From positions 2,871-66,870 of the forward strand of contig JAUMZK010000010.1 in NCBI GenBank assembly GCA_030528145.1: a stretch of DNA of 64,000 nucleotides, in the 5' to 3' direction. The notes beneath the pieces were generated by a model, which worked only from the letters and a program-made list of their open reading frames with translations, made no database searches and had not been told where the DNA came from. Shown here in pieces: positions 1 through 9,095 of this stretch (position 1 is its first letter; each line of letters opens with the position of its first letter). The position numbers were made by a program, and so were the translations under genes. The stretch is from Actinomycetaceae bacterium. GTDB taxonomy: Bacteria > Actinomycetota > Actinomycetes > Actinomycetales > Actinomycetaceae.

Positions 1-132
1 GGTTCCGGGGCGCGGGTTGGGGTGGTCCGCTGGGAGCGCGGAGGCGTGCAAGAATATTTCCTGCCCGTCGTCGGCGGCAACGAAGCCGAATCCTTTTTCG
101 GCGTCAAACCACTTCACTTTGCCTGCTGGCAC
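1..132 (-). CDS. Cold-shock domain protein, N-terminal part only (gene runs off the left edge of the window)
   Basis: Reverse-strand translation from GTG at 130-132 gives VPAGKVKWFDAEKGFGFVAADDGQEIFLHASALPADHPNPRPGT. KWFxxxKGFGF and (I/V)FxH are the RNP1/RNP2 cold-shock motifs. A GGGA-type RBS lies a few nt upstream. It is absent from the ORF track because it is truncated. Confidence 0.75.
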   Translation of the reverse strand, partial: MPAGKVKWFDAEKGFGFVAADDGQEIFLHASALPADHPNPRPGT

Positions 133-495
133 GATTAGGTCCCTTTCTGTTTTTCGTTCAACTCTTTCATGATAGCTGTTCGCCTGATGTGGTGGTGTTT
201 TTATGCTGTTAGCGTCCGGCTCAGCAGTTGCTCACCTGCAAGTTTTTGGGTAAGTGTTTTCCGGGCGCGGTTTCGGTACCCGCTTCAGTTTCTGTGTTCG
301 ATGCCTGCCTTTGGACCTCTTTACGACCTCGCGTTTGGCACTTTTTGGGGATTTTCCGAGGACGCCGCCCCGGTTGCGTCCGTTGCGTAACTGCCGCGTG
401 GCTAAGGATATCATTTCGCCTCACGCATAACTTGGTGCGCGCAATTGCATAATTTTGCGGTCGTATTTTTCGGTAGCTCTAGCCATAATAGGTGT

Positions 496-2466
496 ATGAA
501 ATTGCGTAGCTCCCTTACGGCATTGCTAACCGCTTTTTTGGTGGTGCTGTTTGTTCCCAATGCTTTGGCAGCCGGTCCGGTTTTGATAACTGATCGGGTT
601 ACTGACCAGGCAGGGGTTTTCCAGCAGAACGAACTGTCTGACTTAAATGGCGTGGTTTCTGACAGTGTCAACCCGAATGCGGAACTTTACGTAGTTTTTG
701 TTCCTTCTTTTGATTCTTTGTCGTCTTCGGCTTGGTGTCAGAATTCTGCGCGAAAGTCCCAATTGTCTGCGAAGGCATTGGTGTTGGCAGTGGCTACGCA
801 GGATCATAAGTACGATTTTTGTTACGGCTCGAAGATGTCTTTGTCTGCTGGCGCGAAACGCGACATTGGCACGCAGGTGAAAGCCCGTTTGTCCGCCCAA
901 GATTGGGCGGGAGCCGTGCGAGCTGCTGCCACATCAGTGGCGGGAGCTGGCGAGGACGGTGCGGCTGCGCCGTCTGCCGGTGCCGCTTCTCATTCCGAGG
1001 GCGGTTGGGGCGCCACACTTTTGGGATACTTGTTGGTGCCGTTCCTCGCAATTGCCGGGTTCTTGGGAATTGGCGTTTGGGCAAAGACGCGGGGCAAACG
1101 CAAAGCTAATACGTCGACCCCAGCGGAAGTCGACACGAATCTGCTAAACCAGGCGGGCGCCCTCGCCATGCAAGCAGACACGGCGGTACGCAATGCCAGC
1201 GAAGACCTGGAGTTTGCGCGCACCCAGTTTGGGCATATTGAAACCGAACAGTACCAGCAGGCACTGAAAACAGCCGGGCAGATGCGCGACGAAGCCTTAG
1301 TGTTATTGCAAAAAATGCAGCAGACTGGCGCGCCACCGGCAAAACAGCAGCTTGCCCAGCAGGTAATCAGCCTGTCTCAACAGGCACTGAACGCGGTGGC
1401 TGCGCAACAACAGTCCTTTGATTCCATGCGCGATTTAGAACGCAACGCAGATAGCGCCCTCGCGGAAGCCGCAGAAAAAATCGCGGAAGTGCGCCACGAA
1501 TTAGAGCAGGCGCGCGCAGAGTTAGCGAACCTGCACGTGGCATACCCGCAAACCAATATTTCTTCGATTGACGATAATCCGCAGTTAGCCGAAAACTTGT
1601 TGGCGTCAGCTGAAGCCGCTCGCACTGCCGGGGTGGTCGCCCTCGAAAAAGGTGACAAGCAGAAGGCCGTGAACAGTGTGAAGCTGACAGAACGCGCTCT
1701 AACGCAGGCACGCACCCAAATTCGGGCAATTACTACCGCCGAACAAGTTTTGGCAGACGCAGACCGCGCACTCCTTTCGGCTATTTCGTCAATTTCGTCC
1801 GATATTGCGGACGCGAACCGTTTTGGGCAAGCGCAGGTCTTGGGCGTGCTCATTGCCGAAGCCCAATCTGCTATTGCCGAGGGCGAAGCGGCCAGACGCG
1901 GCGCACAAGACCCACTGGCAGCGTTAGAAAAACTCCAAATTGCCGAGGACGCCCTCGACGCCGCCCTCGAACCCATGCGAGCGGGGGCGGCCGCAGACCG
2001 GAAACGCGAAGACTATGTGCAAGAACGCCTCCCCTATATTCGCGGACGCATAGAACAGGTCGAAGCCTTCATTTCTGGAAGGCGCGGCGCGGCTGACGGG
2101 CAGGCGCGCATGCTGATTGCGGGAGCGCGACAAAAACTAAATCAAGCCACGGCTGCCCGCGATTACAAGGAAGTGCGCACACTTTTGGATGGTGCCAGCG
2201 CGGATGCCGAACAGGCGTACCAACTGGCAATGAACAGTTACCAAGAAGGCGACTGGAACACGGGTGGGCGCGCTCCCGGTATTGATATGGGATCGCTGTT
2301 ACTTGGTGGTCTGCTGGCTGGCGGACACGGCTGGGGCAGCGGTTGGGGCAGCAATTCTGGCAGCGACTGGGGTTCTGACTCCGGGTCTAGTTTTGGCGGT
2401 GGCTTCAATGCGAGTGACATTGGGGACATCTTCAGTTCCGGCGGCTTCGGCTCCGGGGACTTTTAA
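496..2466 (+). CDS. TPM-domain membrane protein (TLP18.3/Psb32/MOLO-1 family) with a long helical/coiled-coil region and a Gly/Ser/Trp-rich tail
   Basis: The ORF spans 445-2466; the likely start is the ATG at 496 (MKLRSSLTALLTAFLVVLFVPNALAAGP, a signal peptide). The TPM-like N-domain begins LITDRVTDQAGVF. One TM segment is present (LLGYLLVPFLAIAGFLGIGVWA). About 400 aa of Ala/Gln/Glu-rich helical sequence follows, then a GWGSGWGSNSGSDWGSDSGSSFGGGF tail. Confidence 0.75.
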   Translation: MKLRSSLTALLTAFLVVLFVPNALAAGPVLITDRVTDQAGVFQQNELSDLNGVVSDSVNPNAELYVVFVPSFDSLSSSAWCQNSARKSQLSAKALVLAVATQDHKYDFCYGSKMSLSAGAKRDIGTQVKARLSAQDWAGAVRAAATSVAGAGEDGAAAPSAGAASHSEGGWGATLLGYLLVPFLAIAGFLGIGVWAKTRGKRKANTSTPAEVDTNLLNQAGALAMQADTAVRNASEDLEFARTQFGHIETEQYQQALKTAGQMRDEALVLLQKMQQTGAPPAKQQLAQQVISLSQQALNAVAAQQQSFDSMRDLERNADSALAEAAEKIAEVRHELEQARAELANLHVAYPQTNISSIDDNPQLAENLLASAEAARTAGVVALEKGDKQKAVNSVKLTERALTQARTQIRAITTAEQVLADADRALLSAISSISSDIADANRFGQAQVLGVLIAEAQSAIAEGEAARRGAQDPLAALEKLQIAEDALDAALEPMRAGAAADRKREDYVQERLPYIRGRIEQVEAFISGRRGAADGQARMLIAGARQKLNQATAARDYKEVRTLLDGASADAEQAYQLAMNSYQEGDWNTGGRAPGIDMGSLLLGGLLAGGHGWGSGWGSNSGSDWGSDSGSSFGGGFNASDIGDIFSSGGFGSGDF

Positions 2467-2496
2467 GCAATCGAAATAACCACAGAAAGGTTCATA

Positions 2497-3213
2497 ATGG
2501 CAGAGAAACAAACCCTTCTTGGCCGTATCACCCAACTAGCTATGGCGAACATCAACGCTTTATTGGACCGTGCCGAAGATCCCCAGAAAATGCTGGATCA
2601 GTTGGTACGCGACTACTCTAACTCCATTGCCGAAGCAGAAACTTCTATTGCCCAAACCATCGGCAACCTGCGCATGGCAGAAAAGGATTACGAACAAGAC
2701 AAAACTGCCGTAGCTGAATGGGGCGAAAAAGCGGCCTCCGCCAGTACGCGCGCAGACGCCCTCCGCGAAAAAGGCGACACTGCTGGCGCTGACAAATTCG
2801 ATAACTTGGCGAAAGTGGCTTTGTCGAAGCAAATAGAATTCGAAAAGCAGGTTCGCGCCGCTGAACCGATGCTGCAAAACCAACGCGAAGTGGTGGAACG
2901 CCTCAAATCTGGTCTGGAAGAAATGAAAACGAAACTTTCAGAATTGCAGACCAAACGCGACCAACTGGTAGCCCGCCAGAAAACGGTCGAATCCCAGCAA
3001 CGCGTGCAAGCTGCCGCCCAAAACATCAACGTTTTGGACCCCACCAGCGACCTCGCCCGGTGGGAAGACAAGATCCGCCGCCAGGAAGCTGAAGTGGCAG
3101 GTCGGGCAGAACTGGCTAAGGACAGCTTCGATTCACAGTTTGCCGAATTGGAAGATTTAGGCAAGATGTCCGAGGTCGAAGCACGTCTCGCCGCCCTGAA
3201 AAATAAGCAATAG
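2497..3213 (+). CDS. pspA: PspA/IM30 family protein (phage shock protein A-like)
   Basis: The 238-aa product starts MAEKQTLLGRITQLAMANINALLDRAEDPQKMLDQLVRDY, a typical PspA/IM30 N-terminus. The rest is all coiled-coil. An RBS-like AGAAAGG lies upstream. Confidence 0.85.
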   Translation: MAEKQTLLGRITQLAMANINALLDRAEDPQKMLDQLVRDYSNSIAEAETSIAQTIGNLRMAEKDYEQDKTAVAEWGEKAASASTRADALREKGDTAGADKFDNLAKVALSKQIEFEKQVRAAEPMLQNQREVVERLKSGLEEMKTKLSELQTKRDQLVARQKTVESQQRVQAAAQNINVLDPTSDLARWEDKIRRQEAEVAGRAELAKDSFDSQFAELEDLGKMSEVEARLAALKNKQ

Positions 3214-3251
3214 TGACGCAAACCCATTGTCATACCCTGTAGTCTGGATAC

Positions 3252-3818
3252 ATGTTAGATAAAACAACATATGTAGTTATTGATGGTGAAAACATAGACG
3301 CCACCCTCGGAATGTCTGTTTTGGGGCACCGCCCCGAATCCGAAGAGCGTCCTAGGTGGGATCGCATCCTGGAATATTCACGTAACCATTGGAATGCGAA
3401 TACCAAGGGTTTGTTCTTTTTGAATGCGTCCTCGGGACACCTGCCTATGGGTTTCATCCAGGCACTAATGGCAATGGGTTTCACTCCTGTACCTTTGTCT
3501 TCGGATAATCCCGAAGACAAAGTGGTAGACATTGGTATTCAGCGCACCCTAGAAGCCATCATTGACCAAGGACACGGGGATGTCATTTTAGGCACCCACG
3601 ACGCTGATTTTTTACCCCACGTTGACGACCTGTTGCGTGACGGACGCCGGGTGGGCGTCATGTGTTTCCGCGAGTTCTTGTCCAGCCAATTCAATGAAGC
3701 CATCGCCGAAGGTTTAGAAGTGATGGACTTGGAATACGACATCGAAGCATTCCAAGTTCCCTTGCCCAGGCTGCACATTATTCCTCTTGACGAATTCGAC
3801 CCGCGCGATATACTCTGA
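3252..3818 (+). CDS. NYN (LabA-like/PIN-related) domain protein
   Basis: The 188-aa product contains YVVIDGENIDATLG ... VILGTHDADFLPHV, matching the acidic-residue pattern of NYN nucleases. It is co-directional with the TPM and pspA genes. Confidence 0.6.
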   Translation: MLDKTTYVVIDGENIDATLGMSVLGHRPESEERPRWDRILEYSRNHWNANTKGLFFLNASSGHLPMGFIQALMAMGFTPVPLSSDNPEDKVVDIGIQRTLEAIIDQGHGDVILGTHDADFLPHVDDLLRDGRRVGVMCFREFLSSQFNEAIAEGLEVMDLEYDIEAFQVPLPRLHIIPLDEFDPRDIL

Positions 3819-3924
3819 GGACAATACTTTTCAGGATTGCCACTTCGGCGGCAGTTGGTCCCCAGCTGTGGGGCTGGCACCAGGAATAAACCTGGCAGTC
3901 AGTTTCCGCAGTTGGGGATTATCA

Positions 3925-5541
3925 TTATGCGCGAGGACGATGCCTCTCGTTCCGCCACCCGTCCCACTGCGGCAGCTGCGCCACTTGTGCCGCTATCTCT
4001 TGGTCGTCCCACCCCAAATATGGTCTCACCAGTTCCGCGACTTCCAAACCCGCACTGTTGCCGCCGTCGCTAACTAACTGTGCTAAGTTCAAACGCCGGT
4101 GCAAAACGTCAGAAAGTTCGAAGGCGCCCTCGTACAAAACCGCAAAAACGGCTTCCGCGCGCAAACGCGACTGGCACAGGGCAAAAGGCTGCCCCAAAGA
4201 GGGGTCAGCATCAATGAGGTCGAAAATTATTTTTACTTCGTCGCCGTACCGGTTCAACAATTCTGCATATCGGCGCGCCGACAAGCCCCGCGCCGCCGCC
4301 AAACGGTACCGGGAATTCCACAATGACGCATATTGGGAGGCCCCCAGTAAAGGCAGGGAAGCGCTCACTGAGCGCCCCCCAAACAGGCGGTCCACCACCC
4401 ATGCCGCTTGCGCCCGAAACGTAGTAATAGGACCACCTTGGGCGCCGCTAAGCCCCGGCGCGTAAGTGCTAAAACGGAACTCGCGCACCGGCGCAACCGC
4501 GCCGTCCTCGAAAATATCCACCCCGGACCAGGCAGAATTCACGTCCGCCATCCGCAGATTCGTTTTTAAAGAGTCATTGACGAGGTCGATTGCCCCCTTC
4601 ACGTCTTCGTAATGGGTCTGGATGTCTGCCAGGGAGTCAGCGGAACTCATGTAAGGACCGATAATCCACAAATCGCCCTCGGGAACGAAAGACAAGATGG
4701 CAGCGCCGGCACGCAAATATAGACCCATACTGCCGCGCAAGGCAGAACGCGAAACCGTTATTTGGGTACCTTTTTGGTAACGCTCATGCGCACGATGTGG
4801 TGGTTTTATTCCGATGCCTTGCAGCAGTGTGTCGGCGGCGCCGGGACCGCAGGCGAGGACGACTTGGTGGGCACGCGCCTCGAACCATCCAGTTTCATCC
4901 CGCACAATTGCGCCCGCGATCCGACCGGAGGGGGTGCGCGCCAACGACAGTGCCTGGGCGTGACTGAGTACCACCGCCCCCAAAGCTGCAGCCGAACGCA
5001 CCGTAGTAACCGTAAGGCGACCACTGTCCAGGCAGGCATCGAACAGGCGTACGGCTCCCGTGGGCGTTAAATTCCGTAACGAAGTAAACGCACTGGCGGC
5101 GCGCCGCCGCGAATAATGGCGAGGCGGCGGAACCTTCCCGCGTACCAAAAAGCGAGTGGCGACCTCGAACCTACCAACCCGGCGGCGATCTTTCAGCCAT
5201 TCTGACCAATCAGAACGCAAAGACCACAAAAAAGGCGTAAGTTTTACCAGGTGGGGTGCCATTTCGCTGGTGAGGACGCCACGTTCGGCCGCCATTAGCG
5301 CTTGTTCGCTGATAGACCCATCCCAGGGAATGCCCCCGTTTATCAAACCGCCTGTGCGCGAGGACAGCCCCGACCCATAGTCGGCGGCTTCAACTAAACC
5401 AACTTTCAGTCCCCGACTGGCAGCCTCGAATGCCAGTCCGGCACCAGTTATTCCGCCCCCAATTATCAGTAGATCCAGCTTCTTTTCCGCGAAAGCGGTG
5501 GCAGCACGGCGCCGGGAAGCTGGATCTAATTTGGCTGACAC
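3925..5541 (-). CDS. glpD: FAD-dependent glycerol-3-phosphate dehydrogenase/oxidase
   Basis: The N-terminal dinucleotide fold is LDLLIIGGGITGAGLAFEAASRGLKVGLVEAADYGSGLSSRTGGLINGG. Length (538 aa) and overall pattern are typical of GlpD/GlpO. Confidence 0.85.
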   Translation of the reverse strand: MSAKLDPASRRRAATAFAEKKLDLLIIGGGITGAGLAFEAASRGLKVGLVEAADYGSGLSSRTGGLINGGIPWDGSISEQALMAAERGVLTSEMAPHLVKLTPFLWSLRSDWSEWLKDRRRVGRFEVATRFLVRGKVPPPRHYSRRRAASAFTSLRNLTPTGAVRLFDACLDSGRLTVTTVRSAAALGAVVLSHAQALSLARTPSGRIAGAIVRDETGWFEARAHQVVLACGPGAADTLLQGIGIKPPHRAHERYQKGTQITVSRSALRGSMGLYLRAGAAILSFVPEGDLWIIGPYMSSADSLADIQTHYEDVKGAIDLVNDSLKTNLRMADVNSAWSGVDIFEDGAVAPVREFRFSTYAPGLSGAQGGPITTFRAQAAWVVDRLFGGRSVSASLPLLGASQYASLWNSRYRLAAARGLSARRYAELLNRYGDEVKIIFDLIDADPSLGQPFALCQSRLRAEAVFAVLYEGAFELSDVLHRRLNLAQLVSDGGNSAGLEVAELVRPYLGWDDQEIAAQVAQLPQWDGWRNERHRPRA

Positions 5542-5549
5542 GTACTGAC

Positions 5550-7112
5550 CTAATGGGTGCGTTTTACCAGCGGGAAGGTAATGGTTTCGCGAATGCCCAA
5601 ACCGGTGATTGCCATGAGCAAGCGATCCAGCCCCATACCCATGCCCCCGGCAGGTGGCATACCTTGTTCCATTGCTTGCAGGAATTCTTCGTCCACTTCC
5701 ATCGCTTCCGGATCGCCATTAGCCGCGTCCAAGGATTGCTTTTCGAAGCGTTCACGCTGAATCACCGGGTCGTTTAGTTCCGAATAGCCCGTAGCCAGTT
5801 CGAATCCACGCACATAAAGGTCCCACTTTTCCACCTGACCGGCCTTCTTGTGGTGTTGTTTTACCAGCGGCGAGGTGTCTTCGGGGTAGTCCAACACGAA
5901 GGTCGGTTCCCACAGGTGGTCGCCAACCAAGACTTCCCACAGTTCTTCCACAATCTTGCCGGGCACGTAATAGGGGGCAATTTCTACGCCCAATTTGTCA
6001 GCAATTTTCACCAGGTGTTCGCGCGGGGTCTGGGCGGTGATTTCTTCACCCAATTTGGCCGATAAAGACTCGTATAAGTCAAGACGAGCCCAATCGCCTC
6101 CGAGATCGTATTCGCTGCCGTCAGCGAGCGTAACCAGCGTAGATCCAGTGACTGCCAGCGCCGCATTTTGGATCAAGTTTTGCGTCAAGTCCCCAATTAT
6201 TTGGTAGTTCGCGTACGCCTGGTAGGCCTCCATCATGGTAAATTCGGGGCTGTGCGAGGAGTCTGCGCCTTCGTTACGGAAGTTGCGATTGATTTCAAAG
6301 TTCTTTTCGATACCCCCAATTAGGCAACGTTTTAAGAAAAGTTCCGGGGCAATGCGCAAATAGAGGTCGGTGTCGTAAGCGTTCATGTGTGTGATGAACG
6401 GACGCGCCGCCGCACCCCCGTGCAAATTTTGCAGCATGGGGGTTTCGACCTCGATAAAGCCCTGTGAATCCATGTAGTCACGCAGCGACTTCACCACCTT
6501 GGAACGCAACCGCACCATCTTCCGTGCCGCCGGGCGCATAATCATGTCCAGTTCGCGGCGGCGAACCCGCTGTTCCTCGGATAGTCCGACCTCGGTGCCG
6601 TCCTCGGCAATGAAAGTTTTTGGCAGCGGACGGATCGCTTTACATGTCAGCATCCACGCCGGCGTCGGCGCCTCTGTGACCGGGTGAATTTCGGTGCCTG
6701 TCGTGGCAAACACCGACAGTTCCCCGGTGCGCGACGAAATTACGCGACCGTGTACAAACAGGTGGTCGCCCAAGTCCACATCCGCCTTGTACTGTTTCAA
6801 AGATTCCGCACCCACTGCGGCAGCGGAAAGCATTGCTTGGATACGGTTTCCTTCCCCGTCCATTAGGGTTACAAAGCACAGCTTTCCGGCATTGCGCGCC
6901 AGCATTACGCGCCCGGCAACGCCCGCATATTCGTCGGTTTCTTCCCCGGCTTGTAGGTGTCCGTACTTTTCCCGCAACTGCCCAATGGTGGTGGTAACGG
7001 GCACGTTCACCGGGTAGGGATTGGCGCCCTCGGCAATTAGCCGCTCGCGTTTTTGTGCGCGCACCTTAATTTGTTCGGGCAAATCCTCATTAACAGCTTT
7101 ATTTTGACTCAC
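5550..7112 (-). CDS. lysS: Lysine--tRNA ligase, class II
   Basis: The 520-aa product has an N-terminal OB-fold region (LPEQIKVRAQKRERLIAEGANPYP) and class II motifs (FRNEG..., GGMGMGLDRLLM). Confidence 0.95.
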   Translation of the reverse strand: MSQNKAVNEDLPEQIKVRAQKRERLIAEGANPYPVNVPVTTTIGQLREKYGHLQAGEETDEYAGVAGRVMLARNAGKLCFVTLMDGEGNRIQAMLSAAAVGAESLKQYKADVDLGDHLFVHGRVISSRTGELSVFATTGTEIHPVTEAPTPAWMLTCKAIRPLPKTFIAEDGTEVGLSEEQRVRRRELDMIMRPAARKMVRLRSKVVKSLRDYMDSQGFIEVETPMLQNLHGGAAARPFITHMNAYDTDLYLRIAPELFLKRCLIGGIEKNFEINRNFRNEGADSSHSPEFTMMEAYQAYANYQIIGDLTQNLIQNAALAVTGSTLVTLADGSEYDLGGDWARLDLYESLSAKLGEEITAQTPREHLVKIADKLGVEIAPYYVPGKIVEELWEVLVGDHLWEPTFVLDYPEDTSPLVKQHHKKAGQVEKWDLYVRGFELATGYSELNDPVIQRERFEKQSLDAANGDPEAMEVDEEFLQAMEQGMPPAGGMGMGLDRLLMAITGLGIRETITFPLVKRTH

Positions 7113-7152
7113 GCAACTATTGTACTGAGGACGGGGAATATACCAAAGGAAA

Positions 7153-7191
7153 GGCGTCCTCGAAAATGAGTTTTTATTTTTCGAGGACGCC
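7153..7191 (-). terminator. Stem-loop terminator after the ABC-transporter operon, built from an inverted pair of the CGAGGACGCC word
   Basis: GGCGTCCTCGAAAA (7153-7166) and TTTTCGAGGACGCC (7178-7191) form a perfect 14-bp stem with an 11-nt loop. It lies 39 nt downstream of the permease stop (7230), and T-rich sequence follows on the minus strand. Confidence 0.7.
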
Positions 7192-7229
7192 GCGCACCTA
7201 CCGCCTTTGCGGGAGATGGTGTTTCCGTT

Positions 7230-8108
7230 TTATTCCTTGACGGACCCGGCAGCCAAACCGGATTGCCAATATTTTTGCAACCCCAAGAACAAAATAATGA
7301 GGGGAATTACGCCCAGCAAAGATCCCAACATTACAGCACCTTTTTCTGGCTTAAAGTAGGTGACCATGCCGTAAAGACCCAAGGTGACAGGTTTGAGCGA
7401 ATCTGAAGACAGCATCATTAGGGGCAACAAGAAATTGTTCCACGTGGCCACGAAAATGAACAAGAATATTGTGACCATCGCGGGAGCCAATAGCCGCAGC
7501 ACCATAGTGAAGAAAATGCGGGATTCGGAGGCGCCATCGATGCGGGCTGCCTCAATTAGTTCTGTGGGTACCGAAGACTGGGCATACACCCGCCCCAAAA
7601 ATACCCCAAAAGGACTGACGCAACACGGAATAATAATGGCCCACATAGTGTTTGTCAGACCGAGGTTGTGGAAAACCAAATACATGGGTATTGTCAGCAA
7701 CGCTACCGGCAGCAACAGCCCGGACATGATTGCCACCATCACCAGGTTCTTACCGGGGAAACGGAATTTTGCCAGCCCGTACCCAGCCATCACCGATATT
7801 AGCGTCCCAAGTGCCCCTGCGACCGTGGAGTAAAGCAGCGAATTTGCCACCCAGCGCCAAAAGTAGCCTTTCGTCCACCCCATCAGTTTGCTGTAATTTT
7901 GTCCCAAAGAATTGTCTGCAAACCAGAACCCGAAGGTTCCCACTAGGTCGTGATTATTCTTGGTAGCACTGAAAATGACCCATAAAATTGGCAACAAAAA
8001 GTAGGCGAGGGCAAAAATTAGCACAACCCACGTCAGTGTTTTGGCGCTAACGGACGGTTTTAGGGAACGCGGCGGGGCGCCCTCGACAGACAAACGGTAG
8101 TTTTGCAT
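7230..8108 (-). CDS. Carbohydrate ABC transporter permease (MalG-like)
   Basis: The 292-aa polytopic protein carries the EAA-type loop IEAARIDGASESRIFFTMVL. It overlaps the preceding permease by 1 nt. Confidence 0.9.
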   Translation of the reverse strand: MQNYRLSVEGAPPRSLKPSVSAKTLTWVVLIFALAYFLLPILWVIFSATKNNHDLVGTFGFWFADNSLGQNYSKLMGWTKGYFWRWVANSLLYSTVAGALGTLISVMAGYGLAKFRFPGKNLVMVAIMSGLLLPVALLTIPMYLVFHNLGLTNTMWAIIIPCCVSPFGVFLGRVYAQSSVPTELIEAARIDGASESRIFFTMVLRLLAPAMVTIFLFIFVATWNNFLLPLMMLSSDSLKPVTLGLYGMVTYFKPEKGAVMLGSLLGVIPLIILFLGLQKYWQSGLAAGSVKE

Positions 8109-9052
8109 CAGTCCACTTTCCTTTGCGCGAAGGCATAAATTCCGGCCATTGCGCCAGCAATGATTGCCATCAGTACCGATATGGCGCTAGCTGGTCCGTC
8201 CCCACTGGGAGTGAGCGAACCCATCATAGTGTTATAAGCCATCATCATTGGCGTATAGTCCTTGCCCATCCACACATTTTGAGAGCTGACTACCGCCGGT
8301 TCGTTGAACAGTTGAATGGTGCCAATAATGGACAGCAGTACCGCCAGCAAAGCGGCGCCGCGCACCAACGGAATTTTTATTCTGGTAGTTATTTGCCACC
8401 CACTCGCCCCATCTATGCGCGCTGCTTCGTACAAATCGTGCGGAATCGCTTGCAACGCCGCCAAAAAGATGAGCATGTTGTAGCCGGTATAAGTCCACGT
8501 CGTCATGTTCGCCATTGACGCCAAAACCAGGTTGGGGGACAAAAAGTTAATATTTATTCCGAGGGCGCTCAGTCCGCGTACCAGCGGGCTCAGTGTCGGT
8601 GAGTACAGATACAACCAAATCATGGCTGCGATAATGCCCGGAATGGCGAAGGGTAGAAAGTAGGTGAGGCGGAAAATCCCCGGTCGGCGTACTAAAAACG
8701 AATCTAACAGCAAAGCGAGGGCGAGGGCGAACCCGATCATAATTGGAACCTGCACTAGCGTGTAAACAACCACCCGACCCATTCCTAGCCAAAAGTGAGA
8801 ATTACTAGCGGCTTGAATGTAATTTGCCAGACCAACAAAGGTTGCTACCTGTTCGCCACCACCGTAGAGTCCGCCCCCGCTGGAGTCCAGTTGGTAAAAA
8901 CTGGTTTTTATTGCCACCACAATAGGGATGGCAAAAACTAGGAGGAATAGGAGCATAAATGGGGACATGAATGCCCACCCCGTTAGCGCATCACTGCGGT
9001 CCCGTTTTCCGCCTTTACGCAATTTTTGCCCAGTTTGAGCACTCATAACCAA
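8108..9052 (-). CDS. Carbohydrate ABC transporter permease (MalF-like)
   Basis: The 314-aa polytopic protein carries the loop YEAARIDGASGWQITTRIKIPLV. Confidence 0.9.
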   Translation of the reverse strand: MVMSAQTGQKLRKGGKRDRSDALTGWAFMSPFMLLFLLVFAIPIVVAIKTSFYQLDSSGGGLYGGGEQVATFVGLANYIQAASNSHFWLGMGRVVVYTLVQVPIMIGFALALALLLDSFLVRRPGIFRLTYFLPFAIPGIIAAMIWLYLYSPTLSPLVRGLSALGININFLSPNLVLASMANMTTWTYTGYNMLIFLAALQAIPHDLYEAARIDGASGWQITTRIKIPLVRGAALLAVLLSIIGTIQLFNEPAVVSSQNVWMGKDYTPMMMAYNTMMGSLTPSGDGPASAISVLMAIIAGAMAGIYAFAQRKVD

Positions 9053-9095
9053 CTCCTCTGACTGAGAGGGTCCGACGAATGCCGGACCCGTGTTT

